A stretch of DNA of 64,000 nucleotides, from contig CAWBGK010000016.1 of NCBI GenBank assembly GCA_963788305.1, positions 119,500-183,499 on the forward strand, given 5' to 3'. The DNA comes from an uncultured Chloroflexia bacterium. Lineage in GTDB: Bacteria; Chloroflexota; Anaerolineae; Anaerolineales; UBA4823. The notes under the pieces are model-generated. The model made no database searches and was not told where the DNA came from. It saw only the letters and a program-made list of their open reading frames with translations. The position numbers were made by a program, and so were the translations under genes. Shown piece after piece: positions 1 through 9,654 of the stretch (positions within the stretch are counted from its first letter, which is position 1; each line of letters opens with the position of its first letter).

Positions 1-1245
1 TAAGGTGCAGGTGCTATTGCTCTCCAAGTTGTAGCCCAGGGAAAAGATGTAGTCGGTCTCACCGGCGCAGTTGCCGCCGGGAGGATAAGTAAGCGGCATA
101 GCTAGGATCGTTTCGCTAATCGTGATTTCTCCTTGCTGTTCTGGATTGCTGTATATATTATTGCCATTGCCCGGTGGGGCTCTGTTCGAAAAAAGCGTGA
201 CATTGTACAGAGATAAATCCCCTCGTTGAAGATCCCGCCTCCTAACACCTCGGCATTGTTAGAACTAATGGTCACATTTTGTAAGACGTTATTCCCAGAG
301 GCGACGAGCAGGCCGCCGCCCCGGTTGCTGCTATTATTATTGATCGTCACATTGACCAAGCTCGAATCGGAGAAGCTGTAAATTCCCCCCCCTCGATCAG
401 CTTGATTGTAGGAGATAGTCATATCGGTGAGATCAATGCGTTTGTCATTGTATATGCCGCCTCCATAGCCCGAGGCGATGTTATAGTTTATCAGCGTATT
501 CGAGACCAACATATCAGCTAGCTCAGTCCCATTCAAGCCGGCGCCTTTTTGGGCTGTATTGCTCAAGATCTGGGTTGCCCTGATCTCAATATTGCCATCG
601 CTATGGATGCCTCCTCCTTCGTTGGTCGCGGCATTCTCAGCGATTACGCTTCCCAGGATCAGAAGCTGGCCTAGCGAGTTGAATACCCCTCCCCCATTCT
701 TTGCGCTGTTCTGGGTGACCAGCGTGTCGCTGAGCACAAGCGAGCCTGCTCACCATGATACCGCCACCCCCCACCGGTTCATCCTCAGGCGCCGCGCCGT
801 GCTGGATCGTTATCCCTGTGATCGTCACCTGAGCGGTAGTCGTGATGGACAATACTCGGTCGATGCTGTTCCCATCGATGATGACGGGTTCAGTCAGGTT
901 TTTTCCGCTCAAGATCAGATCGTCGCTGATATCCAGGTCGCCGGTTTCATTCTGGTTTTCCCCAGATCCCAAGCGGGAAAGGGCATAGACGCCTGGATTC
1001 TCGAACACGATCTCGTCCAACCCGGGTGTCTGGTTAGCCGCCTGGATCGCCTCGCGCAGTGAGCAGCTTCCCAGATCACAATGCTCAAACTCATCCGCAG
1101 CCGAATTGACGGTGAAGATGTTTCCAGGTATCTTAGGTGCAATCTGGGCGTTGGATGGCAACGGAAGACACAGTGCGAGCGTGAAGACAAACACCACGAA
1201 ATACCTGGGGATTCGGGCACCGTGATTTATAAGCGTTTTCATCAT
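1..1245 (-). CDS. Secreted CSLREA-motif / choice-of-anchor-Q-like parallel beta-helix repeat protein. The C-terminus runs off the window. Two frame disruptions (about 745 and about 225).
   Basis: ORF 637..1245 has a signal peptide (FVFTLALCLPLPSNAQ) and the motif GSCSLREAIQAAN. It continues in ORF 102..737 with repeated GGGI/GGGV beta-helix turns. A third frame from about 225 to nt 1 reads NCAGETDYIFSLGYNLESNSTC, which is typical of this family. Confidence 0.65.
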
Positions 1246-1319
1246 TTTGTTGTAATATCAACGAAGGGTCAAAGCGCACGAAATTGTGTGCCACATACCC
1301 TTCGAATCTTCCGCTTGGA

Positions 1320-3810
1320 CTATCTGCAGCCTCCCAGGTCAGGAGGCGTCAGACAAATGGTGGGTGTGATGGTAGGCGTTGGTGGCGTCCCTGTGTTTGT
1401 GGGGGTATTGGTAGGTGTATGTGTTCGAGTGTTCACTGGGGTGAGGGTGTTGGTGGGAGTCGGCGTATTGGAGGGTGTTGGAGTTTTGGTCTGGGTCGAC
1501 GTGTTGGTTGGAGTCCGTGTGGGCGTGCTTGTCTCAGTGGGCGTATAGGTATATGTGGCGGTCCAGTCCGGCGTGGCGGTTGAGGTTGGGACGGTGGTGG
1601 AAGTCGCAGTAGGTACGACAACCAGCTCGTCATACACTGGGCATGATAAATCGCTGTAGGAAAAGGTCAGCGAGCCGGAGAAGAAACCGGGTTGTGAGAT
1701 GGGTGGGATGTTGTTGAAATCCGAGATCCAGCTTGCGTTGCTGCGGCTGTTGAGCTGAATATTGGGTACGAGCCGTTTCCACCGGAGAGGAATAGATCGG
1801 CGCTGGATCCCAATATCGGTTCCCCGCAAAAGAGAACCAGTTGAAGTACATGGTCGGGTTCCAGGAAGTCGGCCAGACCAGGGTTGAGTGGTTCAGGAAT
1901 GCAGGGGCGAAATTATTATTTTGGACGCTTATCTGAAACCTTTCACCAGTCCATAAAGCGCCGCGCGAGTAGATCAATCCGCAGTCAGGTGTGGGCGTGA
2001 CTTGCGGTCGATCGACCGTAGGCACTCTAAGCTGGCAGCCATTGTTAAAATCGACTGTCAGGCCGAAATCGGTGCCTTGCATACCCATGTTGGTCAGCCA
2101 GTTTGCAGGAGACTCGCTCGACTTATCGAAATCAGCCATGATGATATAAGTCACTCCTGGGTAAAAAGGCACCGGATTGGTCGGCCAGGTGTCGGGAGAA
2201 TCGTTTCGGGTATCGGTGGGCGATTCGTAATCCCTTTCATTTTTATCACCTCCGCCCCACACAATACTGGAGCCAGCCGTCACACTGAAGGATATCCAAT
2301 CCAGATTTCCGGAAGTATCCGATGGGCTAATGGTGTTCTCCAGAAAATCTTCAAGGTATTCCCAATCAAACACGATATCAGAGACATTCGCGCTGAAGGC
2401 ATCGCCGTTGGTGACAGATAATTGGATCTTGCCGTTGTCTTGCAGCGTTATTGGAGAAATCGAATAAAGGTCACAGTTTATCGTAGGCAGCGGCCAATTC
2501 ACCGGTGGCTGGCGTAGAACACAGCCGTTGTCCAGGAAAACGGAGATGCCAAAATCACCGGTTACCAGGCGGCCGTCGGTGCCAAAACCAGACCAGTAAT
2601 TTGCATAGCGCCATAGCAAAGTGACTGCCGAGTTCTGGGCGATGGTCGAGTTTCTCCACGAGCTGGGCGAGTCGGTTCCAGTGTCGGTGGGAGAGTTGTA
2701 GTCGTTCGCGCCGCTGCTGCCGCCCCAGATGGTTGATGAGCCAGACCTGATGTAATCAAGGTAAAGGTCTCGGCTGGTGCCGCCCAACATCTCACCTAAC
2801 CGCTCAGCATATTCCCATTCGATCACGATATTGGAAACGCCGACTGAAGTGTTGGCATTATTGTTCACGTTAATGCTGATATCCCGGCCGTTGATCGTAA
2901 AAGCGTTTCCAATCGAATAGGGGGAGCAGTCTGGTGTAGGCGTCGCAGTGGCAGTGTCAGTGGGCGTAGGTGTATTAGTGCTTGTCGGTGTGAGAGTAGG
3001 TGTTTCTGTAGATGTAGCAGTTGGGGTGCTCGTGGGTGGGTTGGAGATCTGGTTGCCTATGCCGCTTATGCGCGAAGTGCGGAAGCGCTCTACAATTCCT
3101 TCTCGCCAGGTCGTCAGCGGCACCACTGGCCACCAAACACTGTTAAAAGGCACAATGGTGGTGTGATTGAAGGTCACCATGATACGCACTCGGTCGCCAG
3201 GACCCCCGGCATCATCCATCAGATAGCCATTGATCGAATCATAGCAGGTCTCTGGCGCAGTCGAGTCATCCCACCAGAAATCGGGCCCATTCGCCAGATC
3301 GTGATCGCGGCTGCTGCAAACAGTGATATGAAAATATCCCGAGTGGTCAGCATCTCCCAAACTAGATAATTGGTGGTTGCTGAGAAAATTCAAGTAATTG
3401 CCGGACACACTTTCATCGATCGGAACACTGACTGCACCAACCACTGCCGTATTTCGGGAAGAAGGCAGGCGGGACCAATCCACCAGGGCATTCGTCAGGT
3501 CACGAGCGTCATTGCCGTATGCATCAGGGACATAACAATCATTGGCGGGATCGCCGTTGAAAGTGTCGGCAGCGGTCAGTCCTAAAGCCGCGGCAGCCTC
3601 GTCACAGAAACTTGGGTCATATTCTCCAGTGACCAGATAGCGCAGACCGAAGCGGGCTGCGTTCTGGATGGCAAGCCAGGCTTGCAGCAGGCGCCCAAAC
3701 TCGATGATGCCAAACATCAACATCAGCAGGATCGGCAGCGCTAAGGCAAATTCGACCAAGCCCTGCCCCTTACGATGGTTTTGATGGTGGTGTGAGATCA
3801 ACATGTCCAT
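1320..3810 (-). CDS. TadE-like pseudopilin-domain protein with a large C-terminal extension (three tandem Cys-bounded modules and Pro/Thr-rich linkers). One frameshift near 1770.
   Basis: The N-terminus [26 protein letters not shown] is the TadE/TadG-type hydrophobic segment. ORF 1630..3810 joins ORF 1320..1829 by sequence continuity ([13 protein letters not shown]... then ...[16 protein letters not shown]). PT-rich linkers lie at aa 258-293 and at the C-terminal tail. Confidence 0.7.
1610..2931 (-). repeat. Three tandem coding repeats (about 150 aa each) inside the TadE-like giant
   Basis: The modules start DCSPYS (nt 2931), NCDLYS (nt 2478) and DCGLIY (nt 1986). The first two share WEY, SPTDT..DSP..W, GxDFG and NGC motifs. 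The third is more diverged. Confidence 0.6.
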
Positions 3811-3825
3811 GATCCTTCCAACCTA

Positions 3826-5676
3826 TCACCGGCTGATCTTGGTGAAGATGCGACCGGCGATGTTCTCAAAAATCTGTGATAGATACGCACCACTTGGCGC
3901 ATAGTAATAATTACCGCAGTTGTGCAACGGATCTATTTCAGTACCATCTGATCGTCGACACGAATCATTGCCGCGTGAGCCGTCGTCGCCGACGTTCGCC
4001 ATATAGCGCAGCAGCGCCTCGCCCCCAGAGGCTGCGCCCAATCCGATCGAAAATACCACGATGTCTTCCCCGCGCGGCTCTTGAGAATTGGTGGAGAAAA
4101 GCAAGGCGGCCGTATCAACCCAGTCGAGGGCATAATCCTCTACGCTGTAAGGCCCGCTGTTGGTCGTGGTGCCAACAATTCTATTGGGAAACGGGACAGA
4201 TGAGGGGGAGCTCGGGGGGCATTCATCCGAGTTGCTGTCAATACAGTATCTTCCGGATGATGAGCCTGTATTGCTATCGATGCAATAATTAGCCCAAAAA
4301 GCATTAGATGGGTTGTGGCCACAGAAGCCATATCGGAACTGAGATGGAATGACAGGATTCGAGTCATGATCATCACTGAGATTGACAACACCGTCCGACA
4401 GGAAGACGATCACCCAGACAGCACCCGAGCGACCGTCGTTCTTCAGCGTCTCTGTCGCCACCCGAAGCCCGCAACCGTAGCAGGTGGAAAGCAGCGAAGT
4501 GTCTTCGTAGGTGCTGGATGTAGGGTCGATCTCATCATCCGTGTCATGATCTCCAGTAGTTGAGTCATACCAGACACCATCTTTATCCCAATCGAACACA
4601 TCCAGAATGTTATCGGCGTCGCACGGATCGCCTACTGGGATTTCACCCGACAAGCCATCCGCCCACATATCCGGGTGGTTGGCGCCCAGCGTGCCGTTGG
4701 CGTTATTGACATATTCATCAGTGCATGGTTTCCCCGGATCGGCATCTTGACCATCACCGTCCCGGTCTTCTGGCCAGATGGGGTTGAAAGTGCGGTATCC
4801 ACCATTGGGGCTGGTTCTTCCTGCCCAGGGTACCATCACCGCGTCCGCATCGTTGTGCAGTCGGATCAAGGTATCGACCGCCGAAAAAGCATCGCCATCT
4901 ACCGCTCCATCGTCATCCCCCAGGTTGTCACTCAGTTCAAAGATCCGGTGAGCGCGGTAGTCAAAGGTCACGACCGAAATTCTATCGTAGCCGTTGAACA
5001 GGTTTCTGACTAAATCCTTGGCGGCGTCCTTGGCTTGCTTCAGCGGCTGGCAATTATTGTTCGTGTTGCAGGTTGTCGGATTGAAGTTATTTGGTTGATA
5101 GCCGGCGGTGTTGATGCCCATCGATTCGGAAGTGTCGAACACTAACACAAGGTCGACCGCGGCAGTCTCGCCAACCGCTGTAGTGTGCACAGGTATTGAA
5201 CTAACCCCGAAAAGCTGCAAAAAGTAGATCGGCACGTCCTGGGTGGCTTCGATGTAAACCAATTTGCGCTTGGGCTGGTTGCCGGTCGGGCACATGGATG
5301 CAAAATGGGCCGGGCGATTGGTATCGTCGCATAAGAAAACCTGCAGGTCTGATACACCGGTGATTTCGTGCATTGCGAGCATCTCACGTGCTGATTCGGT
5401 GATGCGCTGCTTGCGTATGCTCATAGAAGCCTGCGGATTTTTGATATTATTGGCAGCCGCCACTGCCGCCGCGTCGATCGCCCGCTGGAGTTGGGTGTAG
5501 GAAACGTAGATCGATCCAACATCGGTTACCAATCCAATGAAAGCCAGCAAGGCAAAAAAGCTGACTGCAAGCAGCACCAGCGCCTGCCCCCGGCTTTCAT
5601 GTTGCATCAGCTCGATAAGATTTACATCTTTTCTGCCGTTTTTCTTCATCCGTTTCGATCGATACTTCGTAAGCAT
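3826..5676 (-). CDS. TadG-like (Tad N-terminal segment) von Willebrand factor A domain protein
   Basis: The N-terminal segment GQALVLLAVSFFALLAFIGLVTDVGSIY resembles the TadG N-terminal segment. A vWA MIDAS-like motif DLVLVFDTSESMG is present. The gene lies 15 nt upstream of the next Tad-like gene. Confidence 0.75.
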   Translation of the reverse strand: MLTKYRSKRMKKNGRKDVNLIELMQHESRGQALVLLAVSFFALLAFIGLVTDVGSIYVSYTQLQRAIDAAAVAAANNIKNPQASMSIRKQRITESAREMLAMHEITGVSDLQVFLCDDTNRPAHFASMCPTGNQPKRKLVYIEATQDVPIYFLQLFGVSSIPVHTTAVGETAAVDLVLVFDTSESMGINTAGYQPNNFNPTTCNTNNNCQPLKQAKDAAKDLVRNLFNGYDRISVVTFDYRAHRIFELSDNLGDDDGAVDGDAFSAVDTLIRLHNDADAVMVPWAGRTSPNGGYRTFNPIWPEDRDGDGQDADPGKPCTDEYVNNANGTLGANHPDMWADGLSGEIPVGDPCDADNILDVFDWDKDGVWYDSTTGDHDTDDEIDPTSSTYEDTSLLSTCYGCGLRVATETLKNDGRSGAVWVIVFLSDGVVNLSDDHDSNPVIPSQFRYGFCGHNPSNAFWANYCIDSNTGSSSGRYCIDSNSDECPPSSPSSVPFPNRIVGTTTNSGPYSVEDYALDWVDTAALLFSTNSQEPRGEDIVVFSIGLGAASGGEALLRYMANVGDDGSRGNDSCRRSDGTEIDPLHNCGNYYYAPSGAYLSQIFENIAGRIFTKISR

Positions 5677-5689
5677 AGCAGACCAGATT

Positions 5690-6373
5690 TCATAAAATCC
5701 TTATGGAATTGGCGTCGGCGTAGGGATAGCTTCCGGAGCTGGCATGATGGTATAGGTATGGATGCGGAACGGCGAGGGGATGAAACCGGAAATAAAGGGC
5801 AAGCTCATCACCATATCGTAGCACACCCAGGTTTCCACAAGCGCGATCCCGACGATCAGCCGGCGCGTTTTGGACGAAGTGGTCCTCGATATATGAGTTC
5901 GAGAAAAAGGGCGTATTGCGCACCACATTCCCCTGGCAGTCTTTCTTCCAGTTATCCGAATTCAGCGACCAACCGTCCGCGTCAGGGTGGTGGTCGGATA
6001 TATTGTTGTTGGCTACGGTTAACACCGTGATGACAACATCGTCAAATTTATCTGCCCGGAAATCCAGGAAGGGATTGAGGTTATCATCTGTGAAGAAACA
6101 GGCTGTATCATAATAGAAATGAAGCACATTGTCCGTGCAGGCTGTGGTTGGGTCGGATGGGTTATCTAGCTCCTGCACGTTGTAGTCGCGGATTGAAGCA
6201 AAACGAGCCGCTTCACGGGTCAGATCCAGGGCTGTCAGATAGGCGAATATACCGAAGGCGACTTCTACCATCCCTGCCAGCATAATCAGCAGCAGAGGGA
6301 AGATGATCGCCAGTTCAACAAGGCTCTGGCCTGAGCTTATATTCACCTTTTTCAGCTTCCTCAGAACATTCAT
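5690..6373 (-). CDS. TadE-like pilus assembly/pseudopilin protein
   Basis: The N-terminus GQSLVELAIIFPLLLIMLAGMVEVAFG carries the TadE-family signature. It is the first gene of a tightly spaced minus-strand cluster. Confidence 0.7.
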   Translation of the reverse strand: MNVLRKLKKVNISSGQSLVELAIIFPLLLIMLAGMVEVAFGIFAYLTALDLTREAARFASIRDYNVQELDNPSDPTTACTDNVLHFYYDTACFFTDDNLNPFLDFRADKFDDVVITVLTVANNNISDHHPDADGWSLNSDNWKKDCQGNVVRNTPFFSNSYIEDHFVQNAPADRRDRACGNLGVLRYGDELALYFRFHPLAVPHPYLYHHASSGSYPYADANSIRIL

Positions 6374-6557
6374 TAGTGTTTATGATCCTAATTCAGGCAG
6401 AACAAAACCGTAATAAATATTTTATAATGTCACATTTCTGCAACAAAGATACCAAATAATATTATACGGCATTTTTTCTGAGTATGCTTGGAAAACTTAT
6501 GCTATGGGGATTCCAAATCTGTAAGTTGGTGAAGCGAGATTGGGCAGTGAAAAGGGA

Positions 6558-6670
6558 AGCAATATCCGGGCAGGCAACCCGGCGGCACCCAGAATTTCCT
6601 CCTTACTGCTGCTTCCTCTCGGACCTGACAGGGTTCGCAGGGTTCTGCCGCGCCGGACCCACCCGGACGG
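6558..6670 (-). ncRNA. ffs: Signal recognition particle RNA (small, 4.5S-like)
   Basis: The minus strand reads CCCUGUCAGGUCCGAGAGGAAGCAGCAGUAAGG (nt 6630-6603), the conserved SRP helix-8 motif with a GNRA loop. The flanking strands GGCGCGGCA / UGCCGCC and CCGGGUGGG / CCUGCCCGG pair as helix 5. The ends are approximate. Confidence 0.8.
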
Positions 6671-6675
6671 TCTGT

Positions 6676-6704
6676 AGGATACCTCAACCGCTACTTCTTG
6701 TCAA
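6676..6704 (-). promoter_or_regulatory. Sigma70-type promoter for the SRP RNA
   Basis: On the minus strand: TTGACA (6704-6699), a 17-nt spacer, then TATCCT (6681-6676). This places a start about 7 nt downstream, at the first base of the helix-5 5' strand. Confidence 0.5.
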
Positions 6705-6980
6705 CAAGTAAAGCAGAACTGTGGATTTTGTTTCATGATCCAAGGTCACAATACTGCGGCAGATATACTGGCGCAATCAAAAGATGGTACCCGGTGATCT
6801 CAGGTATAATCACCTGCGGGATTCTCAGTCTTCCGAATGGTAATCAGAGCATTGATCGATGCCGGTATTTGTAGCTTCTTTTTTTCTGCTGGCGGTTATT
6901 ATGCTGAAAGCAAACATTTCAGCTGGACGGCCAGTGGGTAGCTCCTTGCTGATTTCAACCGGGTTATTGTTAAGAAGCTA

Positions 6981-8786
6981 ATGAAAACTGGCATTTCTCG
7001 GCGCGAATTCTTAAAGATCGCGGCTGCAGGCACAGCCGTCACTGTCCTGACAGGCTCAGAAGTACGATCGAATGTCTTATTCCGCAATCTTCCGACGCAT
7101 GTTCAAAAGAGCTGGACTCAAAGTCGGTTTACCTCGCCTCTGGCAGGTCAGAACCCGATCAATTGGGATGATGCAACCGGATGGATAGCAGATACCTTTG
7201 AACGGTTTGCGCCAAACGAGATTGCCTTTATTCTGGGTTTATATCCCGATCACCTGAACCACCTGGTCCAGCTCATTGCCAAATCTTTTGAGGGAATACG
7301 CGTCTTTCGCTTCGATCCAATTTCAGAATCCCAAGGATGGGTCACACTTCAAGATGCTGTTACCCGAAAATTTGGCCTGTCCTGCCTTCCTCTATTTGAT
7401 ATTGACTGGGCACAGCTCATTTTTTCATTTGGATCTGACCTGGCTGAACCCTGGATTGCTTCAGTTCCGGGTTTGTCAACTTCATTTTTTCATGTCAACC
7501 GATTGCTCAAGCGAATCGTTCATTTTGAAGCGCGCCGATCTCCTGCAGCCGCTTCCGCGGACAAATGGGTCCCGATCCGTCCTGGAAGTGAAGCAGTCCT
7601 GGCGAATGCGTTTGCCAGGCTGATCCAGGATCAAAGTGAGCTGATTGACCTGGCTGAAATCGCTTTCGATACAGGCATTCCAGCCAGGGAGATTCTCCGC
7701 CTGGCAAGCCTTTTCCGTGAGACCGAGCGCAGGTTGGCCTTGCCAGGCAGCGCTGCATTAAACTCTCCAGATGGATTGGCGGCAGGACAAGCCATTCTTG
7801 GGTTAAACCTGGTCGCTCGTAAGTTGTCGTCTCCCGGCGGGCTTTATCTTCCGCCAAAACCTCCAATATACCCGATGCTCCCAAACCGGCCTGCCAATCT
7901 GGCCGAAATGGAAGCTCTTGCGGGATCGATCCGCAACGGTGGTGTCAAAGCTCTCTTCCTGCACAATATCGACCCCATCACTGACCTGCCTGAAGCTTAC
8001 GGCTGGGCTGATGCGTTGGCATCGCTGGAGCGTGTGATCTCGTTCTCGCCAATCAGAAATGCAGCCACTCCCTATTCGCATTTTTCCATCCCAGACGCCG
8101 ATCCAACCGGCACAATCGGCTACCAGCTTTTGAGCGAGGCGGCTGATTATGGGATGCTCAAGTTAATCCAATCCGATCGGACCCATTTCGAGGATGGTCG
8201 ATCCACTGTGAATATCCTGCTCGATGCAGTCCACAGGCTCGCGAAAACGCATGGATCTATCGATTTTTTGAATGAATCGGATTTTATCAGCTCATCCGTA
8301 TCGAAATTAAAAGACTTCGGGGGGATTTTTTCTGCTGACGATGAACAGGATTTCTTCCACCTGTTGATGAAAAACGGCAGCTGGCGCCGCCAACATGCAG
8401 TTCGGTTTCCACCCGTTCAGATTGGATTTCCTACCTGGGAGAATGCCTGCTGTGCTGATGGGTTCAACCGCGCAGGTTTGCGTCTTCATATATACCCTGT
8501 TCATTCGGACATCCCAATTCAGGCAGAGCTTCATCCGGCAACTGCAAAGAAGCATGGATTACATCCTGGTGACAGAGTGCGTATCATCACAACATTTGGA
8601 GAAATCCAATTGCGGTTATCCGTTCACAAGGGGCTTCACCCGGACGCTCTGGCAGTGCCATGGCATGCCGGCATTCCAGGTCACCCAGATCCCCTGGTCC
8701 TGATCGGAAAAGCTCAAAATGCCTCAGGTGGGGCAGTTTTTTCTGGAATAAGTGTTCAAATCGAGAGAATAGTCCGAAGGAAATAG
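6981..8786 (+). CDS. Tat-signal molybdopterin-oxidoreductase-family protein lacking the N-terminal Fe-S Cys motif
   Basis: Twin-arginine signal SRREFLKIAAAGTAV. The C-terminal molybdopterin-binding barrel-like region is LHPATAKKHGLHPGDRVRIITTFGEIQLRLSVHKGLHPDALAVPWHAG. No CxxCxxxC cluster is present. Confidence 0.65.
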   Translation: MKTGISRREFLKIAAAGTAVTVLTGSEVRSNVLFRNLPTHVQKSWTQSRFTSPLAGQNPINWDDATGWIADTFERFAPNEIAFILGLYPDHLNHLVQLIAKSFEGIRVFRFDPISESQGWVTLQDAVTRKFGLSCLPLFDIDWAQLIFSFGSDLAEPWIASVPGLSTSFFHVNRLLKRIVHFEARRSPAAASADKWVPIRPGSEAVLANAFARLIQDQSELIDLAEIAFDTGIPAREILRLASLFRETERRLALPGSAALNSPDGLAAGQAILGLNLVARKLSSPGGLYLPPKPPIYPMLPNRPANLAEMEALAGSIRNGGVKALFLHNIDPITDLPEAYGWADALASLERVISFSPIRNAATPYSHFSIPDADPTGTIGYQLLSEAADYGMLKLIQSDRTHFEDGRSTVNILLDAVHRLAKTHGSIDFLNESDFISSSVSKLKDFGGIFSADDEQDFFHLLMKNGSWRRQHAVRFPPVQIGFPTWENACCADGFNRAGLRLHIYPVHSDIPIQAELHPATAKKHGLHPGDRVRIITTFGEIQLRLSVHKGLHPDALAVPWHAGIPGHPDPLVLIGKAQNASGGAVFSGISVQIERIVRRK

Positions 8787-8832
8787 TGTCTTAATTCCTC
8801 AAATTGAGTCGGCGTCATTCCGAAGCTTTCGT

Positions 8833-9654
8833 CTATCGGCGAACCTGCTTGAACTCACGAACTGCCTGGGCGACAGCCTTTTCTACTGGAATCCTCTCGC
8901 CAGTTGATCCGGTGACATATCCAGCCGCAGAAGTATGCTTAAGCAGTAAGGACACCGATGCAGGATCGTTGAACGGACCTCCATGCCCTAAAACCAGCAC
9001 ATCCTTGTTCACCGCATGCGCAGCGTCAACCATGGCTGCGACCTTCTCAATCGCTTCATCCAACCCGGTGATCGCTTTTCCGCCAGCAGATCCACCGGCA
9101 GTCATTCCGATCATTGCACCCACAAACTGCGCGCCGGTCTCAGCCATCCGCCGAGCTTCATCGGGAGAAAACGCCCAACCCAGGGCAATCATCCCGCGCT
9201 TCACAGCCCGATTGATCAGCTCGACTTCACGCGAGAAACCCAATCCAGCGGCTTCAAGCTGGCTTTGAAGGTCTTCGCTGTAGATTCCAATAAAAGGTTC
9301 GTTTGTTACACCCGCGGCTCCCAATTTTTCTGCCTGGTCGAGCAATCTTTCAATAGAGCGGCGAGGGTCATGCGCGCCAAAACCTAACAGAACCGGCACC
9401 CCGGATGCCGCCGCAATCACCTGAGGAGTAACCGCAATCGTGAGAGCGTTTGCATCATCATAGGGCAGAAAAGCCAATGCAGTCGGAACCCCAAGAATCC
9501 TGTATACCGCTGTGCTGTATACTGCCAGGAGATCAGCCCCGCCTGCCGCAGCGCCTTTTGCAGTTAACCCGCTCCCTACTCCGGCGACAACGACCGGGTT
9601 ACCTTCCGCCCAGCTTGTTCGAATCTGCCTGAGGAATTCCTCGTACGTGTTCAT
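8833..9654 (-). CDS. Phosphoenolpyruvate hydrolase-like TIM-barrel protein (COG5564 type), paralog 1
   Basis: It is similar throughout to the 11008..11847 paralog (GGSAGGKAITGLDE, VLVLGHGGPFNDP, GSTGERIPVEKAV). Its start overlaps the stop of the UPF0261 gene. Confidence 0.8.
   Translation of the reverse strand: MNTYEEFLRQIRTSWAEGNPVVVAGVGSGLTAKGAAAGGADLLAVYSTAVYRILGVPTALAFLPYDDANALTIAVTPQVIAAASGVPVLLGFGAHDPRRSIERLLDQAEKLGAAGVTNEPFIGIYSEDLQSQLEAAGLGFSREVELINRAVKRGMIALGWAFSPDEARRMAETGAQFVGAMIGMTAGGSAGGKAITGLDEAIEKVAAMVDAAHAVNKDVLVLGHGGPFNDPASVSLLLKHTSAAGYVTGSTGERIPVEKAVAQAVREFKQVRR

Noticed and set aside
559-1220. ORFs 559..1062 (+) and 915..1220 (-)
   Set aside because: They overlap the CSLREA beta-helix gene in other frames and have no motifs. 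They are shadow ORFs.
1081-1583. Val/Gly-rich ORFs (1081..1548, 1284..1583, and also 2948..3166) with VGV repeats
   Set aside because: They are antisense shadows of the Pro/Thr-rich linkers of the TadE-like giant and have low-complexity composition. The sense frame has clear family signatures.
6484-6711. Possible Moco or cobalamin riboswitch upstream of the molybdopterin-oxidoreductase-like gene (AAAAGGGAAGC and CCUCUCGGACC-like strings on the plus strand)
   Set aside because: The conserved strings are the reverse complement of the SRP RNA helix-8 core. The element is on the minus strand with its own promoter, so it is ffs and not a riboswitch for the plus-strand gene.
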